DNA of 64,000 nucleotides from Tidjanibacter sp. (GCA_045614965.1 JAZLDY010000029.1:14814-78813); one strand, 5' to 3'; positions 6,922 to 17,160 are shown, numbered from the stretch's first letter. Notes: generated by a model from the letters alone, not told the origin. Numbers and translations are program-made.

Positions 6922-8802
6922 TTAGAAAAGCTTCTGCGCACCTTTGTCCTTGTAGGCCTCGGTCTGCTCGAAGATACCTTTCTCAACGTCGATGGTCTTC
7001 AAGTAGGTACTTACGCTACCACTCTTGGCTACGTAAGTTTTGAGGGTTTGGTAAGGACCAGGTTGATTTCTGTTGAAATAATCAATGGAGTTGTTTGTAT
7101 CGGCAACGTTACCTGTAATTGTGTAGGGGAATTCGTCGCTATCTTCGGGTGAATCACCAATAAAACAAGTGCCTGTATTTGCTGTTGCACAGAAAATATT
7201 GTCTTTAGCAGTCAATGAGTTCATATCATAACTCAAGAATGTTTGAGGTCGGATATTGTAGAAGGTGTTGTTGTTGAGAGTAAAATCAGTTTGTTGTGTA
7301 CCACTTGTTGGTTTAACCTTGGTGGAAGACATAAGTTTGAGTTGTCCCACATTACCTGTGGAACTGTAAATAGCGTTATTTTCAAAGACAATCTCCTTAT
7401 AATCACTCCAATAAGGATTCGTTGCGAGATAACAGAAGTGCATCTCACGAGAGCCTGAAATCTCAATATGAGAGTTGACTATCTTTAAACTCTTGAAACC
7501 ACGATATGTAGCAGTAGACTGTGCAATAAAAGAATACTTAGAAGCACCTGAGAACTCAAACTTACAGTTGTCAAAATGCAAGTAGTCAACCACGTTGGTA
7601 GAGGATGTGTTGGAGAAGGTTCCAGAAGTATTGTCATCTATCAAGAAAGATATTCCTCGAATAGCCATACCACCACCTCCGAGTATTCGGAAATTCTTAT
7701 TACCGGCACTTGAATGAGTCATTGTTAATGACAGAACCTCATTGTCGTAGCGACTGCACAATAAGACATTTGCAGCAGCATCGGCCGTACCAATGTTCAT
7801 AAATGACCTTGAGAAGAATTTATAGTTGCCCACTTTGTCAAGGAAGAACACCAACTTGCCGGTCTTGTTATACAACTTGTCGAAGAGGTCGAAGTCTGCG
7901 CCATTGGTTTGGAGCAACTGACCGGCTACGCCAGTGGAGGCTTTGCTGTACTCAACGCCTGCGATGGTGATGGACTTGCCGGCCTCCCAGAGTTTCCAGT
8001 TGTCAATCCAGCCGTCAATAACGCCCAAGTTGCGCTGTTGGTTGCGGTCGAGGGCAATGGCACCCGACGAGTAAACCTCGCCCTGGTAGTCGGTCATAGC
8101 CTCGTCGCCATAGAGGGTGATGGTGTAGCCCTGCGAGAGGTTTACGCCCTGGGGAAGAGCAACGAAGTTCTCGCCCGTGGTGATGGGGATAACAATCTCG
8201 GTTGCCGAGCCTGTGGCCACAGTACCCACACCGGTTGCGGGGTCAACCTCAACGGTGGTACCAAATTTCTCACCATTCCTACCCTCCAATTTTGCATACT
8301 TCACAGCCTCCTTCTTCACGGTGAAGCGGAGCAGGTTGCTGGTGTTCTTGAAGACTGCGGGGGTTACGGGGTTGCTGATAGCAGCAACGCTGACAATCTG
8401 TTTGCCTGCGCTCTGGGTGATGGGGAAGTTGAGCACCACCTTGTCGCCGGCAGCGGCGTTCCACGCATCTGCGGGGGTTACAGCCACATAGGAGTCAGCC
8501 TCAGGGTCTACCTGTGCGCTGAACGTAACATTTGCACCATTCACCTCTTTGATGGTGGCATTCACATAGTTGGTACCGTCCCATACACCAATGGTGTCGT
8601 CGGCCTTCCAAGCCACAGCACCACCTGCGGAGGGAGTTGTGCGGACTACTGCGTCGAGCGAAGCGGTGAATACTACCTCGCTACCATTCACAGCGGGGCC
8701 GTTATTGTTGATATCGTCCATATTGTCGTTCTCGCAACCGACAAATGCAAAGGCTGCCACTGCGGCCAATGCCAAAGTATAAAGTTTTTTCATAGCGTTC
8801 AT
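6922..8802 (-). CDS. Surface lipoprotein; fimbrillin-like N-terminus, probable beta-helix C-terminus
   Basis: Lipobox FVGC; W-x-x-x-D-x-I-G-V-W motif; periodic F-x-N-C/N-x-(F/I) repeats in the C-terminal half. Confidence 0.7.
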   Translation of the reverse strand: MNAMKKLYTLALAAVAAFAFVGCENDNMDDINNNGPAVNGSEVVFTASLDAVVRTTPSAGGAVAWKADDTIGVWDGTNYVNATIKEVNGANVTFSAQVDPEADSYVAVTPADAWNAAAGDKVVLNFPITQSAGKQIVSVAAISNPVTPAVFKNTSNLLRFTVKKEAVKYAKLEGRNGEKFGTTVEVDPATGVGTVATGSATEIVIPITTGENFVALPQGVNLSQGYTITLYGDEAMTDYQGEVYSSGAIALDRNQQRNLGVIDGWIDNWKLWEAGKSITIAGVEYSKASTGVAGQLLQTNGADFDLFDKLYNKTGKLVFFLDKVGNYKFFSRSFMNIGTADAAANVLLCSRYDNEVLSLTMTHSSAGNKNFRILGGGGMAIRGISFLIDDNTSGTFSNTSSTNVVDYLHFDNCKFEFSGASKYSFIAQSTATYRGFKSLKIVNSHIEISGSREMHFCYLATNPYWSDYKEIVFENNAIYSSTGNVGQLKLMSSTKVKPTSGTQQTDFTLNNNTFYNIRPQTFLSYDMNSLTAKDNIFCATANTGTCFIGDSPEDSDEFPYTITGNVADTNNSIDYFNRNQPGPYQTLKTYVAKSGSVSTYLKTIDVEKGIFEQTEAYKDKGAQKLF

Positions 8803-8814
8803 TCTCCGTTTTTT

Positions 8815-8949
8815 TTAGTGTACCCAAATGTAGTCCTCTTCTTCGAAGTATTCAATCTCGGCCATAGTGTCGCTGATTGCGATACCTTCGTTCAGCTCAA
8901 CCTCCTCAACATAGAGGTCGGGGCTCTCATAAAGTCTTTTGGTTTTCAT
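8815..8949 (-). CDS. 44-aa acidic peptide MKTKRLYESPDLYVEEVELNEGIAISDTMAEIEYFEEEDYIWVH (below ORF-track cutoff)
   Basis: Translated by hand; A-rich initiation region; fills the operon gap; Y-x-x-P...E motif of small Bacteroidales proteins. Confidence 0.75.
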   Translation of the reverse strand: MKTKRLYESPDLYVEEVELNEGIAISDTMAEIEYFEEEDYIWVH

Positions 8950-9033
8950 AGAAAAAAGTTTTTGGTGTTTTGACGGCTATGGCCGACAACCATCAGATTG
9001 TCGGCCAACAGCCTCGGTTTTAGGGTTATTTGT

Positions 9034-11589
9034 TTATTGTTTTACTGTCAAACTTACGTCGTCGATGTTTACCTGGCACCTGATGGTTTTCAAGTTCGCA
9101 TCAAACTCGGGAGTCAGGGCGAAGAACAGGGCTGCATTCTTGAAGCTCTTACCGGGGTTGGCCTCGATAATCTTCGGAAGGTCGAGAGTCATTGTGTACT
9201 CCACCCACTCGTCTTTCTTCTCGATGGTGATGCTCTCCTCGTAGGTGTAGTCGGTATAGACATTAGCACCGGTGCTCGAAACAATACCTGCGGTGATGGT
9301 CTTGGCTCCATTATCCTTGTTCTGCCAAGTCTTCGAGGGCAGGTAGTACCAGAACTTCAAGGTGTAGGTCTTGGTGTCGTCCAACGAAATCTTCTGACCA
9401 GCACTCATCAGGTGGTGCATATTGTTATTGGTGTAGTGTTGGAAGTTGTCGAGCTCTGTCGAAAGGCGACCGTCGGTAGCATAGAGGCCCAACGACTGCT
9501 TGCCACCGTGGGCAACCGATGCGCCCGATGCGGTGTAGCCCATCTCGGGACCATCGATGTAGGCAAACCAGTGCCATCCGCCTGCAATGAAGCGCAGGAA
9601 CCATTGGCCCTCACCAACAATGGTGTTGGCAGCAAGGGTGGGGTGCGAAGTCTGGAAGGTGGGGTCGAAGAAGCTCTTCACACGGGGCAACTTCACTATC
9701 GAATTGGCGTGGAGTGCGGGGGCGGTGGAGGTAACCTCGGGGATGGTCTCGAAGTCGCCATTTGCAACGAGTACACCGGTCTGGCCCTCGTCATCGCCCT
9801 CGTCATCGCCACCTTCGGGTGTGTACTCGGGAATCACGTCCACCTTGTACTCTGCGGGCAGAGTTTTGTCGATTACGCTCTTGTGGTTCTCATAGAAGGT
9901 CTTGATGGCCTTCACGATGGCGTTGTTCTCATCCCAAGAGCTGCCGCCACCGCCAACGATGATAACACCATCGCAGTATTGCCACAAGTGCTCCAAACCT
10001 GCCAAGAAGGTCTCCTCCTTGATGGTCTGACCGCAACCCTCAAAGGTTTCGGGGTGGCTCTTGTCGCCGGTATAGGTGGTGCTAATCAGGGCATACACCT
10101 TCTTGGTGTTGTCGTTCCACATTGCCTCCTCAAACACCTGCAAGCAGTCGTTCCTCCAATAGTCGAGGTCGTCGTCAATCATATTCACAACGGGCACAAG
10201 CACGTCGGCATACTGACGCAATGCACGGGTGGGCTCAACAGCATACCTCAACCAGCTGTCCTTGCGGGCAAACTCGGTCTTGTAGTGATACTGACCCTGA
10301 ATCTGTGTAAGCGCAGTGGGGCCTACGCCTGCAAAGCCCAATACAGTCTCGCTATTGTTGGCCTTGAAGGTTTCGTTAATCTTGTCGAAGCGGTTTACCA
10401 TAATGATGTTGGCGCTGCTGCGGTCAACAATCCAACTACCCTGCGAGAATACGGTGAAGTTCTTCACGTTCTTTGCAACGTGGGCAATCTTGTCGTAGTC
10501 AGGCTCGTAGATGTCGTTGTAGATTTCGGGCACCGATACGTTGCGATACTCGATGTAGTTGATAGGCTGCATACCATAAGTGCGCATATCGGCGGGCTTG
10601 TTGGTGTATTTCATTCCATCATAGAGGGCAAACTCGCTGGGCTCACGAGGTTCGAGAGAGCTTGTCTTTGCCTCTTCGAGCACGATGTTGTCGTAGTGCC
10701 TATTGACGAGGTCTTTCACAGCACCATAGAACTCCTGCACCCTGGGGTCGTTCCAAGGCACTTCGCTCTTGCCGTCGGTATCTTTACCATTCGACCACAG
10801 GATGATACCATCGAGGTACTCATAGCAAGCCTCCAACATAATGTCGGCCTTCTCCTTGGTAACGAACTGCATATACTCGGGGTTGCTGGCGTGGTTGTAG
10901 TAGTTGGACCAAATGTAACCCACAATCTTCTTTTCGGGATAGTGCTGCCTGATGTAGGCAACGGTGGTCTTCAAGTCCTCAACCCACTGGTTCATATCCG
11001 AAGAGTAGGCATAGAGCGAAGGATACAACACGTCGCACACCTCACCAACGCCAATACGGCCCTCGTTGTTGTGCTTGGTCCAGCCGTCCAAAATTTCCTG
11101 TTCGCTCCAATCTTTCCTGTAACCACGATAGACGTTGAGGTTGCTCGCAGGTGCGCCATAGTTACCAATGGTACAATCGGGAATGGCCTCCTTGAACATA
11201 TTGAACACGATGCTCAACTGCTCCTTGATATAAGAGAAGTCTTTTTTGTCGTACCAGCACTCAATGTCAAGACTGATGGTCTTCACACCCGTCAGTTTGC
11301 AAATGTTGATTTGCTGTTTGATTTTGTCCATATCCAACTGCTCGTTGGTTACCAAGAAAGCCTCATAGATAAGACTGAAAGGCGAAATCATATCGCCTTG
11401 GAGTTCGGGCTTACCCTCGTGGAACAAACCATCATAGATGGTAAACTCCTTTTTGGTACCCGTGGGGCCGTCCTCGCCACCTTCGGGTACACGACCGGGG
11501 CCGTTGTTCGGCTCGGGGTCCTTACATCCTGCCAAAGCGAGAATCATCGCTGCGATGGCACTTAGCCATCTGAGATTCGTAAGTTTCAT
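9034..11589 (-). CDS. Lipoprotein with two GH56-like TIM-barrel domains and a C-terminal CBM-like domain
   Basis: Lipobox LAGC; domain 1 has SLDIECW, GNYGAP, DVLYPSLY, DGIILW; domain 2 is degenerate; C-terminal NGDFE...W...IDDVSL. Confidence 0.65.
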   Translation of the reverse strand: MKLTNLRWLSAIAAMILALAGCKDPEPNNGPGRVPEGGEDGPTGTKKEFTIYDGLFHEGKPELQGDMISPFSLIYEAFLVTNEQLDMDKIKQQINICKLTGVKTISLDIECWYDKKDFSYIKEQLSIVFNMFKEAIPDCTIGNYGAPASNLNVYRGYRKDWSEQEILDGWTKHNNEGRIGVGEVCDVLYPSLYAYSSDMNQWVEDLKTTVAYIRQHYPEKKIVGYIWSNYYNHASNPEYMQFVTKEKADIMLEACYEYLDGIILWSNGKDTDGKSEVPWNDPRVQEFYGAVKDLVNRHYDNIVLEEAKTSSLEPREPSEFALYDGMKYTNKPADMRTYGMQPINYIEYRNVSVPEIYNDIYEPDYDKIAHVAKNVKNFTVFSQGSWIVDRSSANIIMVNRFDKINETFKANNSETVLGFAGVGPTALTQIQGQYHYKTEFARKDSWLRYAVEPTRALRQYADVLVPVVNMIDDDLDYWRNDCLQVFEEAMWNDNTKKVYALISTTYTGDKSHPETFEGCGQTIKEETFLAGLEHLWQYCDGVIIVGGGGSSWDENNAIVKAIKTFYENHKSVIDKTLPAEYKVDVIPEYTPEGGDDEGDDEGQTGVLVANGDFETIPEVTSTAPALHANSIVKLPRVKSFFDPTFQTSHPTLAANTIVGEGQWFLRFIAGGWHWFAYIDGPEMGYTASGASVAHGGKQSLGLYATDGRLSTELDNFQHYTNNNMHHLMSAGQKISLDDTKTYTLKFWYYLPSKTWQNKDNGAKTITAGIVSSTGANVYTDYTYEESITIEKKDEWVEYTMTLDLPKIIEANPGKSFKNAALFFALTPEFDANLKTIRCQVNIDDVSLTVKQ

Positions 11590-11618
11590 TGGTTTTGTTG
11601 TTTTTGGTAATTAGTTGA

Positions 11619-12506
11619 TTATTTGTTTGTGTCCAATTCTATGTTTTTGTAGTGGTTTGCCACAAAGGTTCTAATGGCCCGTTCGATGCCCTGAATACGC
11701 TCGTCCTGCCACTCAATCTTGGGGCTGTCGTAGTCCCTGTGGCTGCGACCGTGGGCCCAGAGTACCACTCCGTCGAGATATTTATAGGAGGCCTCCAACA
11801 TTGCAAGGAAGTTCTCCTCGCTGATGACCTGCATATAATACGGGTTGGTCTTCCAGTCGTAATACTGTGGCCACAGGTAGCCCACAATCTCCTTGTCGGG
11901 GTAGTGCTCCCTGATGTACTCAACGGTGGTTGCGAGGTCTTTCTCCCACTGCTCCACGTCGGGGGTCATCGCATAGAAGCAGGGATACAACACATCGCAC
12001 ACCTCGCCGGCAGGCAGTCGGTTGTTATCTCTCTTCCAACGTGCAATCTTCTCCTCCTCGGTGGTGTCCTTCATAGTCTCCACATAGCGGAGAATGCAAA
12101 GGGAGCCGATGGGTACGCCATAGTTGCCGAGCCTTGCGCCCGGAATCTCCGCCTTGAATGCGTCAAAGACCTCTTTGAGTCCCTCCTTGACGTAGCCTTC
12201 CGAGCGGCCATTGCTTGCCCAGTACCACGACTCGATGTCGGTACACACGGCCAACACGCCACTCTCTTTGGCTTTGGCTACGGCTTTGGCCACCTTCTCG
12301 TGGTCAATCTCGTCGTTGGTCAGCAGGCTCGACTCATAGAAGAGTTCTATGGGCGAGAGTTTCAACTCCGAAAGGTCGGGTTTGCCGGGATATTTGAGTC
12401 GGTCGTAGATGTGAAACGGCTTGTCTCGCAGGGGCTCCTGCTCCACACACGAGGCCGCACACATCACCACGAGGCCCAATATCAACGTTCTAACTATCTT
12501 TTTCAT
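11619..12506 (-). CDS. Lipoprotein, single GH56-like glycoside hydrolase domain
   Basis: Lipobox AASC; TDIESW, GNYGVP, DVLYPCFY, DGVVLW. Confidence 0.65.
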   Translation of the reverse strand: MKKIVRTLILGLVVMCAASCVEQEPLRDKPFHIYDRLKYPGKPDLSELKLSPIELFYESSLLTNDEIDHEKVAKAVAKAKESGVLAVCTDIESWYWASNGRSEGYVKEGLKEVFDAFKAEIPGARLGNYGVPIGSLCILRYVETMKDTTEEEKIARWKRDNNRLPAGEVCDVLYPCFYAMTPDVEQWEKDLATTVEYIREHYPDKEIVGYLWPQYYDWKTNPYYMQVISEENFLAMLEASYKYLDGVVLWAHGRSHRDYDSPKIEWQDERIQGIERAIRTFVANHYKNIELDTNK

Positions 12507-12542
12507 CTCTCTGTTTGTTTTTAGGAGAGTTTTGTTGGATGA

Positions 12543-14051
12543 TTAGTAACCGGGGTTGTTCTGCCAGCCACGCAATTGGCACTGCCTTGCGGGGATGGGG
12601 AAGAGGTAGTTCTGGTAGTTTACGTTCAGGCGTGCGTCAACGTCGGGGTTTTTGCTCACCATCTCATCAACCTTCTCTGTCCTGACAAGTTGGAACCAAC
12701 GCTTAAACTCAAAGACATTCTCCCAGCCATACTCGTCAAAGACGGCCTTCTCAAATGCCTCAGGCGAGAGGCCCGAGAGTTGTTGGTGGGGGATGTCGCC
12801 AAAGGCCCTATCACGCACCTGGTTGATGCAGTCGTAGGCGAGTTGGCTCACTTGGCCCGTACCCGTAGCCTTCACGCTTGCCTCGGCATAGAGGAGAAGA
12901 ACATCGGCATAGCGATACACGGGAGTGATACCCTCCGAGAGTTGACTCTTCGTGCTGGTGTCGCCCTCGATGCCGTACTTTCCGCAACCACCAAAGTTGC
13001 GATACTTGCGAATGTAGGGAGCCTTGGGACCGAAGTTCTGCCAAGTGATGGTCTGCTTGGTGTCTTTGTGAATCGTTTCGGTTGTGAAGCAGAACTCTTT
13101 GCGCTTGTCGTTGGGATAGTTTGCAAAGAAGACGGGGTCTGCTGCATAGTCCGACCAACCGTCCTCCTCGTAGCCGAGGTAGGAGATTGCATATTGGCTG
13201 GGCAGATAGGAGAGCGAGTGGTGGAGAGTGAAGATGTGCTCGGTTTTGTCGTAGCAACTGCTCTTCAACCACAGGGTTTTGTACTCCTTCACGAGGCTGT
13301 GTGGGCCCTCGTCGATGACCTTTTTCAGCACCTCGGCAGCCGCAGCATATTTGTCGGTCTGTTTGAGAGGCCAGCCTGCCATATGCATATACACGTCGCC
13401 CAACACTGTTCTTGCAGCCCACTTGGTGGGGGCCTGTCCCCTCTCATCACGGCTGGTTGCGGGCAAGAGATTGATGGCCTCCAAGAGGTCGGGAACGATG
13501 ATGCGCTCATAGATGTCTTTGGTGCTCACACGAGGCATTGCATCGTTGCCATTGATGTCGCTACCCGAAGATGCATCAACGGGAGCAGGAGCATCGCCCC
13601 ACATCCTTACGACGTAGAAATACATCAGAGCCCTCATAAAGAGTGCCTCGCCGAGATAGATGTCGCTCTTGTCTGCGCTCAGCGTTGTGTTGTTATCGAT
13701 GAGCGAGATGATGTTGTTGGCATTGAAGATTGTGGCATAGAAATGTTTCCACAAGGGGGCAATGTCGAGGTTGTTAGCAGGCACCCTCATTTGGTCGTCT
13801 TCCACCAGACGACTCTTGGCTGCGTCGCCCGCAATCATATCATCACCGGCAAGGAGCAGCGATGCCATTCGGCAGTTGAAACCGAAGTTCTCGCCCCACC
13901 AGCTCTGGTAGAGTCCGTTAGCATTATTTTCGAGTGTTTGCTCCGTTACGGGCAGTGTTTGGTCGGTGAGGCTACTCTGCGGTTCTTGCAGAAGGTCCAC
14001 ACACGAGGTAAGTGCCACGAGAGCGAATAGGATAAATATCTGTTTTTTCAT
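12543..14051 (-). CDS. susD: SusD/RagB family lipoprotein
   Basis: Lipobox LTSC; GEALFMRALMYFYVVRMWG, YRYADVLLLYAEA, FEFKRWFQLVR, LFPIP. Confidence 0.95.
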   Translation of the reverse strand: MKKQIFILFALVALTSCVDLLQEPQSSLTDQTLPVTEQTLENNANGLYQSWWGENFGFNCRMASLLLAGDDMIAGDAAKSRLVEDDQMRVPANNLDIAPLWKHFYATIFNANNIISLIDNNTTLSADKSDIYLGEALFMRALMYFYVVRMWGDAPAPVDASSGSDINGNDAMPRVSTKDIYERIIVPDLLEAINLLPATSRDERGQAPTKWAARTVLGDVYMHMAGWPLKQTDKYAAAAEVLKKVIDEGPHSLVKEYKTLWLKSSCYDKTEHIFTLHHSLSYLPSQYAISYLGYEEDGWSDYAADPVFFANYPNDKRKEFCFTTETIHKDTKQTITWQNFGPKAPYIRKYRNFGGCGKYGIEGDTSTKSQLSEGITPVYRYADVLLLYAEASVKATGTGQVSQLAYDCINQVRDRAFGDIPHQQLSGLSPEAFEKAVFDEYGWENVFEFKRWFQLVRTEKVDEMVSKNPDVDARLNVNYQNYLFPIPARQCQLRGWQNNPGY

Positions 14052-14064
14052 AGTTCGTGGTCGA

Positions 14065-17000
14065 TTAGAAGGTTAGATTTACACCGAAGATGAAGCCGGT
14101 TTGTGCGGGATAGGTACCTGCATCAAGACCGGGACGGAGAGGATTGCTGATAGCCATCTCAGGGTCGTTACCGGAGTAGCCCGTAAAGGTGGCGAGGTTT
14201 TTGGCCGAGAGGTAAACCCTTGCGGCGCTCATACCAAGTTTTTTCAGCATATCGCTTGTGAGGTTATAGCCCAGAGTGATGCTCTTGATTTTCACAAAGT
14301 CGCCCTTTTCTACGAATGTGGACGAAGCCACCTGCTCATAGGAGGTGATAGCATCACGATTGGGACCGAAGCTTGCAATCTTCGCATCCTCGTTGGTGGT
14401 CTGTACCCACCTGTCGGCCAATGCGGGGGTGGGGGCGAGCTGGCTGGTAAGCCTTGCTGCGGGGTAGTTGTAGATGTCGAAACCGTGGTAGCCAATCAGG
14501 AAGATGTTGAGGTCAAAGTTCTTCCATTGGAGGCTGTTGTTCAAGCCCCAGTTGAATTTGGGCTGACCGTTACCGATGATAACGTAGTCATCGGCATCGA
14601 TAATCTTGTTGTCGTCGGTGTCGTAGTAGCGGTAGGCACCGGGACGAACTTTGGGGAAGACCTTGTCGGCTTGCAGTTCGGGGTTATTGAAGTCCTCTGT
14701 GCTCCACACGCCCAACGATTTCAGACCATAGATGGAGCCGATAGGTTGTCCCTCGTAGTAGCGGTAGAAGGCGTTGCCCCAACCGGTGCCGAGTTCCATA
14801 TAGTCCGATTCAATGTCGCCAAGCTCCACAATCACAGCCTCGTTGTGTGCAAGTGTCAGGTCGGCCTTCCAGAAGAAGTCTTTGGTGTTCACGGGGATAA
14901 CGCCCAGGGTGGCCTCAAAACCTTTGTTGTTGATGGTTGCAGCATTACGCAAGCCCGAGGAACGGCCCATATCGTCGGGCAGAATCACGGTGTTGATTGC
15001 GTTGGCCGTAGTCTTGTCGTAGTAGTCGGCATTGAGGGTAACCCTACCGCCAAACAGCGAGAGGTCCAAACCGAGGTTGTGTTGGCTGGTCTTCTCCCAA
15101 CGGAGGTTGGGGTTGCCTATGTTGAGCGAATAGACGGTGCCGTTGTTACCAATGGTTGCGTTGTAGGTGGAGAATGCCGAGTAGGCAGCCACTGCTTGGT
15201 TACCCGACACACCATAGCCATAACGCAGTTTGAGTTGGTCGAGGGCCTCGACGTTCTCCATAAAGGACTCTTCTTTGATGTTCCACGCTGCACTGAACGA
15301 GGGGAAGGTGTCCCACCTGTGCTGGTAGGCCAACAGCGACGAGCCGTCCCTACGAATGGTGGCGGTCAGCATATAGCGGTTCATCAACACATAGTTCACA
15401 CGGCCGAAATATGAGATTGCCGTGGAACGACTAACGCTCTGCTCGGTGATTTTGCTCAACTCGGAGAGCATCAGGTTTTTCCAACCAATCTGGGTGGAGG
15501 TCATACCCTCGGCCGAGAGTCCGAGTTTGAGAGTATTGCTAAGGCTCTGCTCCGCACCGATGGTGGCGTTGATACGGTGGTTTTCGTTGAACTCTTTGGT
15601 GTAGTTCAGGGTGGTTGTCATCCTCCAACCCCACGAGTTGGTGTCGGTGTAGGTTGCCTGCGACTTGCCTTTGAGAAGGCCCTGATAACTGAGTTCGCTG
15701 CTGGTGGTACCCACATAGGAGTTGGAAATGCTCAACTGCTGCTCGTTGCGGAAAGTGAGGCCCGGCAACACCTCCCAATTCAAATAGGCCTGAATCCAGT
15801 TGTTGAAGCCCTGATTGAGGTTGTTGTTGCGTTTCTGCTCGTCAATGAAGACCATTGGGTTGGTCATATTCGAGTTGGAGATGGTACCCGATGTGGGCTT
15901 CGAGTAGTCGAGGATTACCTGCTCGTTCTCGTCATACAACACGTTTCCATTCTCGTCCTTCATTGTTTCGTAGGGGAGGACGGTCTGTGGGAACTCCTGT
16001 GCAAGAGTGAGGATACTCGACGAGCCGGAGAAACCATTGGTTGTGGAGTCGTACATACGGCCCGAGAAGTTGGCACCAATGGAGAGTTTTTTCGACAAGT
16101 CGGAGTCGATTTTCAGACGATAGTTGAGGTTGTCGTGCTGTGAGATGCCGATGATACCCTCGTTGTGGGTGTATTGTGCGGAGAAGAGATACCTCATCTT
16201 CTCGCTCGAACCCTTGATGCTCACATCGTGCGACTGACTGAGGGCATAGTCGTTTACGATTGCGCCCATATAGTCAAACAGGTCGTAGCCATTGACAAAG
16301 TTGGTGATTTGGTTTTGTGTGTAAAGGCTCTTCTTGTAGAAGGTGCGATACCACTCGTTGGCCATATTGGCAAACTCGCCCACCTCCATAATTTCGGGCA
16401 GGTCGCTTGCCACACCCACATTCACATAGCCATTGTAGTCCACCGACACTTTGTTGTCGGAGGGGGTTTTGGTTGTGATGAGGATTACACCATTAGCACC
16501 CCTCGAACCATAGATGGCCGTGGAGGAGGCATCTTTGAGGATTTCGATGGATTTGATGTCGGAGGGGCTCACCGAGTTGAGGTTGCCACCGGGGAAGCCG
16601 TCGATAACCACCAGTGGACCACCGTCGGCTTTGATGGAGTTCACACCCCTGACACGCATTGTGGGGGCCGAGCCTGCTGCACCGGAGGAGTTCACAATGT
16701 TAAGACCTGCAACCCTGCCCTGCAACATATCGCCCACCTGACTTGCGGGCATCTTTTTGAGGGTCTCTTCGGCATTGATGGAGGCCACAGCACCCGTAAG
16801 GTCGCTCTTGCGCTGTACGCCATAGCCCACAACCACAATCTCCTCCAACGACTCTGCGTCTTCTTTCAACACAACGTCGATGGTTGTGCGGTTGGCCACA
16901 TTGACTTCTTGGGTGGCCATACCCATATAGGAGAAGATGAGTACATCGTTAGCCTTGGCACTGATGGTGTAGGAGCCATCCAGGCCGGTAACGGTACCAA

Positions 17001-17160
17001 CTCCGTAGTTGCTTTTCAACACGACCGAGACACCCAAGATGGGCTCTCCTGCCGAGTTTTTCACCACGCCACCAACATTCACTTGCGCAAACAAGCTACC
17101 CGTTAGTGTGCAGATTGCCAACAAAAGGGTGGCAAATCTGGCAGTCCATTGCTGTTTCAT
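14065..17160 (-). CDS. susC: SusC/RagA TonB-dependent transporter
   Basis: EIVVVGYG, IEILKDASSTAIYGSRGANGVILITTK, NPNLRWEK, C-terminal GVNLTF. Confidence 0.97.
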   Translation of the reverse strand: MKQQWTARFATLLLAICTLTGSLFAQVNVGGVVKNSAGEPILGVSVVLKSNYGVGTVTGLDGSYTISAKANDVLIFSYMGMATQEVNVANRTTIDVVLKEDAESLEEIVVVGYGVQRKSDLTGAVASINAEETLKKMPASQVGDMLQGRVAGLNIVNSSGAAGSAPTMRVRGVNSIKADGGPLVVIDGFPGGNLNSVSPSDIKSIEILKDASSTAIYGSRGANGVILITTKTPSDNKVSVDYNGYVNVGVASDLPEIMEVGEFANMANEWYRTFYKKSLYTQNQITNFVNGYDLFDYMGAIVNDYALSQSHDVSIKGSSEKMRYLFSAQYTHNEGIIGISQHDNLNYRLKIDSDLSKKLSIGANFSGRMYDSTTNGFSGSSSILTLAQEFPQTVLPYETMKDENGNVLYDENEQVILDYSKPTSGTISNSNMTNPMVFIDEQKRNNNLNQGFNNWIQAYLNWEVLPGLTFRNEQQLSISNSYVGTTSSELSYQGLLKGKSQATYTDTNSWGWRMTTTLNYTKEFNENHRINATIGAEQSLSNTLKLGLSAEGMTSTQIGWKNLMLSELSKITEQSVSRSTAISYFGRVNYVLMNRYMLTATIRRDGSSLLAYQHRWDTFPSFSAAWNIKEESFMENVEALDQLKLRYGYGVSGNQAVAAYSAFSTYNATIGNNGTVYSLNIGNPNLRWEKTSQHNLGLDLSLFGGRVTLNADYYDKTTANAINTVILPDDMGRSSGLRNAATINNKGFEATLGVIPVNTKDFFWKADLTLAHNEAVIVELGDIESDYMELGTGWGNAFYRYYEGQPIGSIYGLKSLGVWSTEDFNNPELQADKVFPKVRPGAYRYYDTDDNKIIDADDYVIIGNGQPKFNWGLNNSLQWKNFDLNIFLIGYHGFDIYNYPAARLTSQLAPTPALADRWVQTTNEDAKIASFGPNRDAITSYEQVASSTFVEKGDFVKIKSITLGYNLTSDMLKKLGMSAARVYLSAKNLATFTGYSGNDPEMAISNPLRPGLDAGTYPAQTGFIFGVNLTF

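Noticed and set aside
11870-11960. Shufflon or TR/VR interpretation of the repeat shared with 10910-11000
   Set aside because: Differences are mostly synonymous or conservative changes in paralogous coding domains, as expected from gene duplication.
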